Origin: Marsupella aquatica
Lineage: Eukaryota; Plantae; Marchantiophyta
DNA length: 64,000 nt
Assembly (NCBI GenBank): GCA_973895155.1
Contig: OZ316893.1
Span: 15,716,645 to 15,780,644, forward strand
Reading direction: 5' to 3'
A program made the translations under genes and the position numbers. Positions within the stretch are counted from its first letter, which is position 1; each line of letters starts with the position of its first letter. Positions 62,496 through 64,000 of the stretch are shown in pieces. The notes under the pieces are model-generated. The model searched no databases. It saw only the letters and a program-made list of their open reading frames with translations, and had not been told where the DNA came from.

Positions 62496-64000
62496 TGTGA
62501 TGCCTAGACAGGAATCACTCGGCCGGTTAAGTGGGTAAAGCAGGAAGGCACCCTAGGAACACCTTAGTATAGGGACAAAATAAGGAAAATATAAACAATT
62601 AGGGGCAACCATGGAACCCGGGCAGAGGCCGGAGGTAAGGCTGAGGGTGAAAACCCGATTAGGGTTAGGGCGCGTTAAGCGTCGGCGGCTAGGAAGGATC
62701 AACGGGAAGAAGGACCGGCAGAGGAGAGGGGTAAGGAGCGCTTGCAGGAGATGGTGGCTCATTTGCGAGCACGAACTAGGCAGACGACTACGGGAGGCCA
62801 ACTACTGTCAGCTGCTTAGGCAAGCACTCGGGGAGAGAGTAGATACCGACGATCGACCTAAGGAGGGTATGAGCAACGTCAATCAAGCGGCACATTTCTG
62901 GGGATGCCTGTTCGAACGGGCAACTGAGTACATCAAGACTTACGAGGACGAGGAGTCAGAAAGGGCAGCTCGAGAACGGCAGGAGCTCGCTCGATTGTGG
63001 GAGCTGCAGAAGACGGCTTTCTTAGGAGGCGAACTCATCAAGGACGAGTTCCTATGGACGCCTACTTCCAATCAACTCGACGATCTTCTGTTTTGCAAAG
63101 ACAGCGTCGTCGGCATCCGAGAGGCCATCAAGAACTGCAATGACATACACTGGGAATTAAAGGGTAGCACGGAAAGGTGGACCCAGGCAACGGTGCTAGG
63201 AGAAACCTCCACGGCAGCAGAGATGAAGAGGAAGGGGGCCGTCAACGATGAAGCCACCCCGGCAAAAAGAACGAGGTCGGCGGCACCAAAGAGGCCAGCC
63301 GAGCAGCAGAGCAGGAGGCAGGGAGAAGCCGAAGAGGAGGAGGTCGATCCCATCAAGGCCATTCCAACCAGGGATGACACCTGGAAGGGCTGGGCGGCAA
63401 CCCTACCGGTGGAGGTGCAACTACATTTTGCACGGGAGGAGGATGCATGCTTTACGGCCATGCAGACCAAGAAGTACCAAGGCTTCATGGCCGGATCCGG
63501 CTTAGAGGCCTTTGTAAGATTACCATGGCTGAAGCCGGAGGTACCGGAGTCAGACCTATTAGAATTCGTGGGGTCATGGGAACCCGAGACCAATTGCACG
63601 AGGATATATGGGAAGGATTTCTATCTTACTCCCAAGGTAATTGCCGAAGTGTTTGGCTTGCCGATAGGCAATAAGACCAAAGTTGATACCAGGAAGACCC
63701 TGCCTGACAAGGAGTTCCGGTCGTTCCCCGGGCCATCAACGAAGAATGGCTTCTTCCGAAACACCTGCACCAACCCGCACATAGGAGAGATGATCGACTT
63801 CTTGCGGGTGACCATGCATTGTAACTTGCCGAGGGCAGAGATCGGCAAGGCACAGGTCTATCTGGCAGAAAGGCCAGACCCAAGCCGGGACTACAACGGG
63901 TACCTCCTCAACCAATTGAAGAAGATCTTAAAGGAGGAGCAGCAGGTAATCGGCATGGGGAGCGTGTCGCGGCTTGGCTATCACATGCCGCTGTTGTGCC
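62496..64000 (+). mobile_element. 5' end of another element related to 49422-55990
   Basis: Abrupt AT-to-GC shift at TGTGATGCC (cf. TGTGACGCC at 49422), followed by a homologous ORF. Confidence 0.6.
62869..64000 (+). CDS. Open ORF (at least 377 codons, runs off the window), homolog of the accessory ORF at 50951
   Basis: Manual translation has no stop: MSNVNQAAHFW...SGLEAFVRLPW...LLEFVGSWE...VIAEVFGLPIG...KNGFFRNTCTNPHIGEMIDFLR. Absent from the ORF track because it has no stop in the window. Confidence 0.75.
   Translation, partial: MSNVNQAAHFWGCLFERATEYIKTYEDEESERAARERQELARLWELQKTAFLGGELIKDEFLWTPTSNQLDDLLFCKDSVVGIREAIKNCNDIHWELKGSTERWTQATVLGETSTAAEMKRKGAVNDEATPAKRTRSAAPKRPAEQQSRRQGEAEEEEVDPIKAIPTRDDTWKGWAATLPVEVQLHFAREEDACFTAMQTKKYQGFMAGSGLEAFVRLPWLKPEVPESDLLEFVGSWEPETNCTRIYGKDFYLTPKVIAEVFGLPIGNKTKVDTRKTLPDKEFRSFPGPSTKNGFFRNTCTNPHIGEMIDFLRVTMHCNLPRAEIGKAQVYLAERPDPSRDYNGYLLNQLKKILKEEQQVIGMGSVSRLGYHMPLLC

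Overview
Eukaryotic, transposon-dense window with GT-AG introns and nested elements. A non-seed land plant such as a bryophyte is likely, but that is an inference from the element types. No intact host gene, RNA gene or CRISPR array could be supported. From left to right: (1) a probable Helitron 3' end; (2) a gag-only LTR-element remnant; (3) an 11.5-kb Mutator-like DNA transposon (6287-17741, 10-bp TSD) whose divergent cargo gene encodes a ParB-like domain plus a beta-class N4C/N6A methyltransferase-like domain, with about 20 copies of a 13-bp palindrome confined to its non-coding DNA; (4) a second MULE/SWIM transposase split by a full-length chromovirus whose LTRs end AG..CT instead of TG..CA; (5) a 16.6-kb Ty3/gypsy element (42561-59127) with a DNMT3-like C5 methyltransferase between protease and RT, a C-terminal PHD finger, split direct repeats (B-internal-A-B-A), an internal head-to-head att junction and a Tf1-like self-priming site; (6) nested in it, a truncated element whose ~4.4-kb LTR-like leader encodes protein and carries two MITEs; (7) a second member of that family running off the right edge. 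Most coding regions carry stops or frameshifts. All domain calls are from manual motif recognition; no searches were run.
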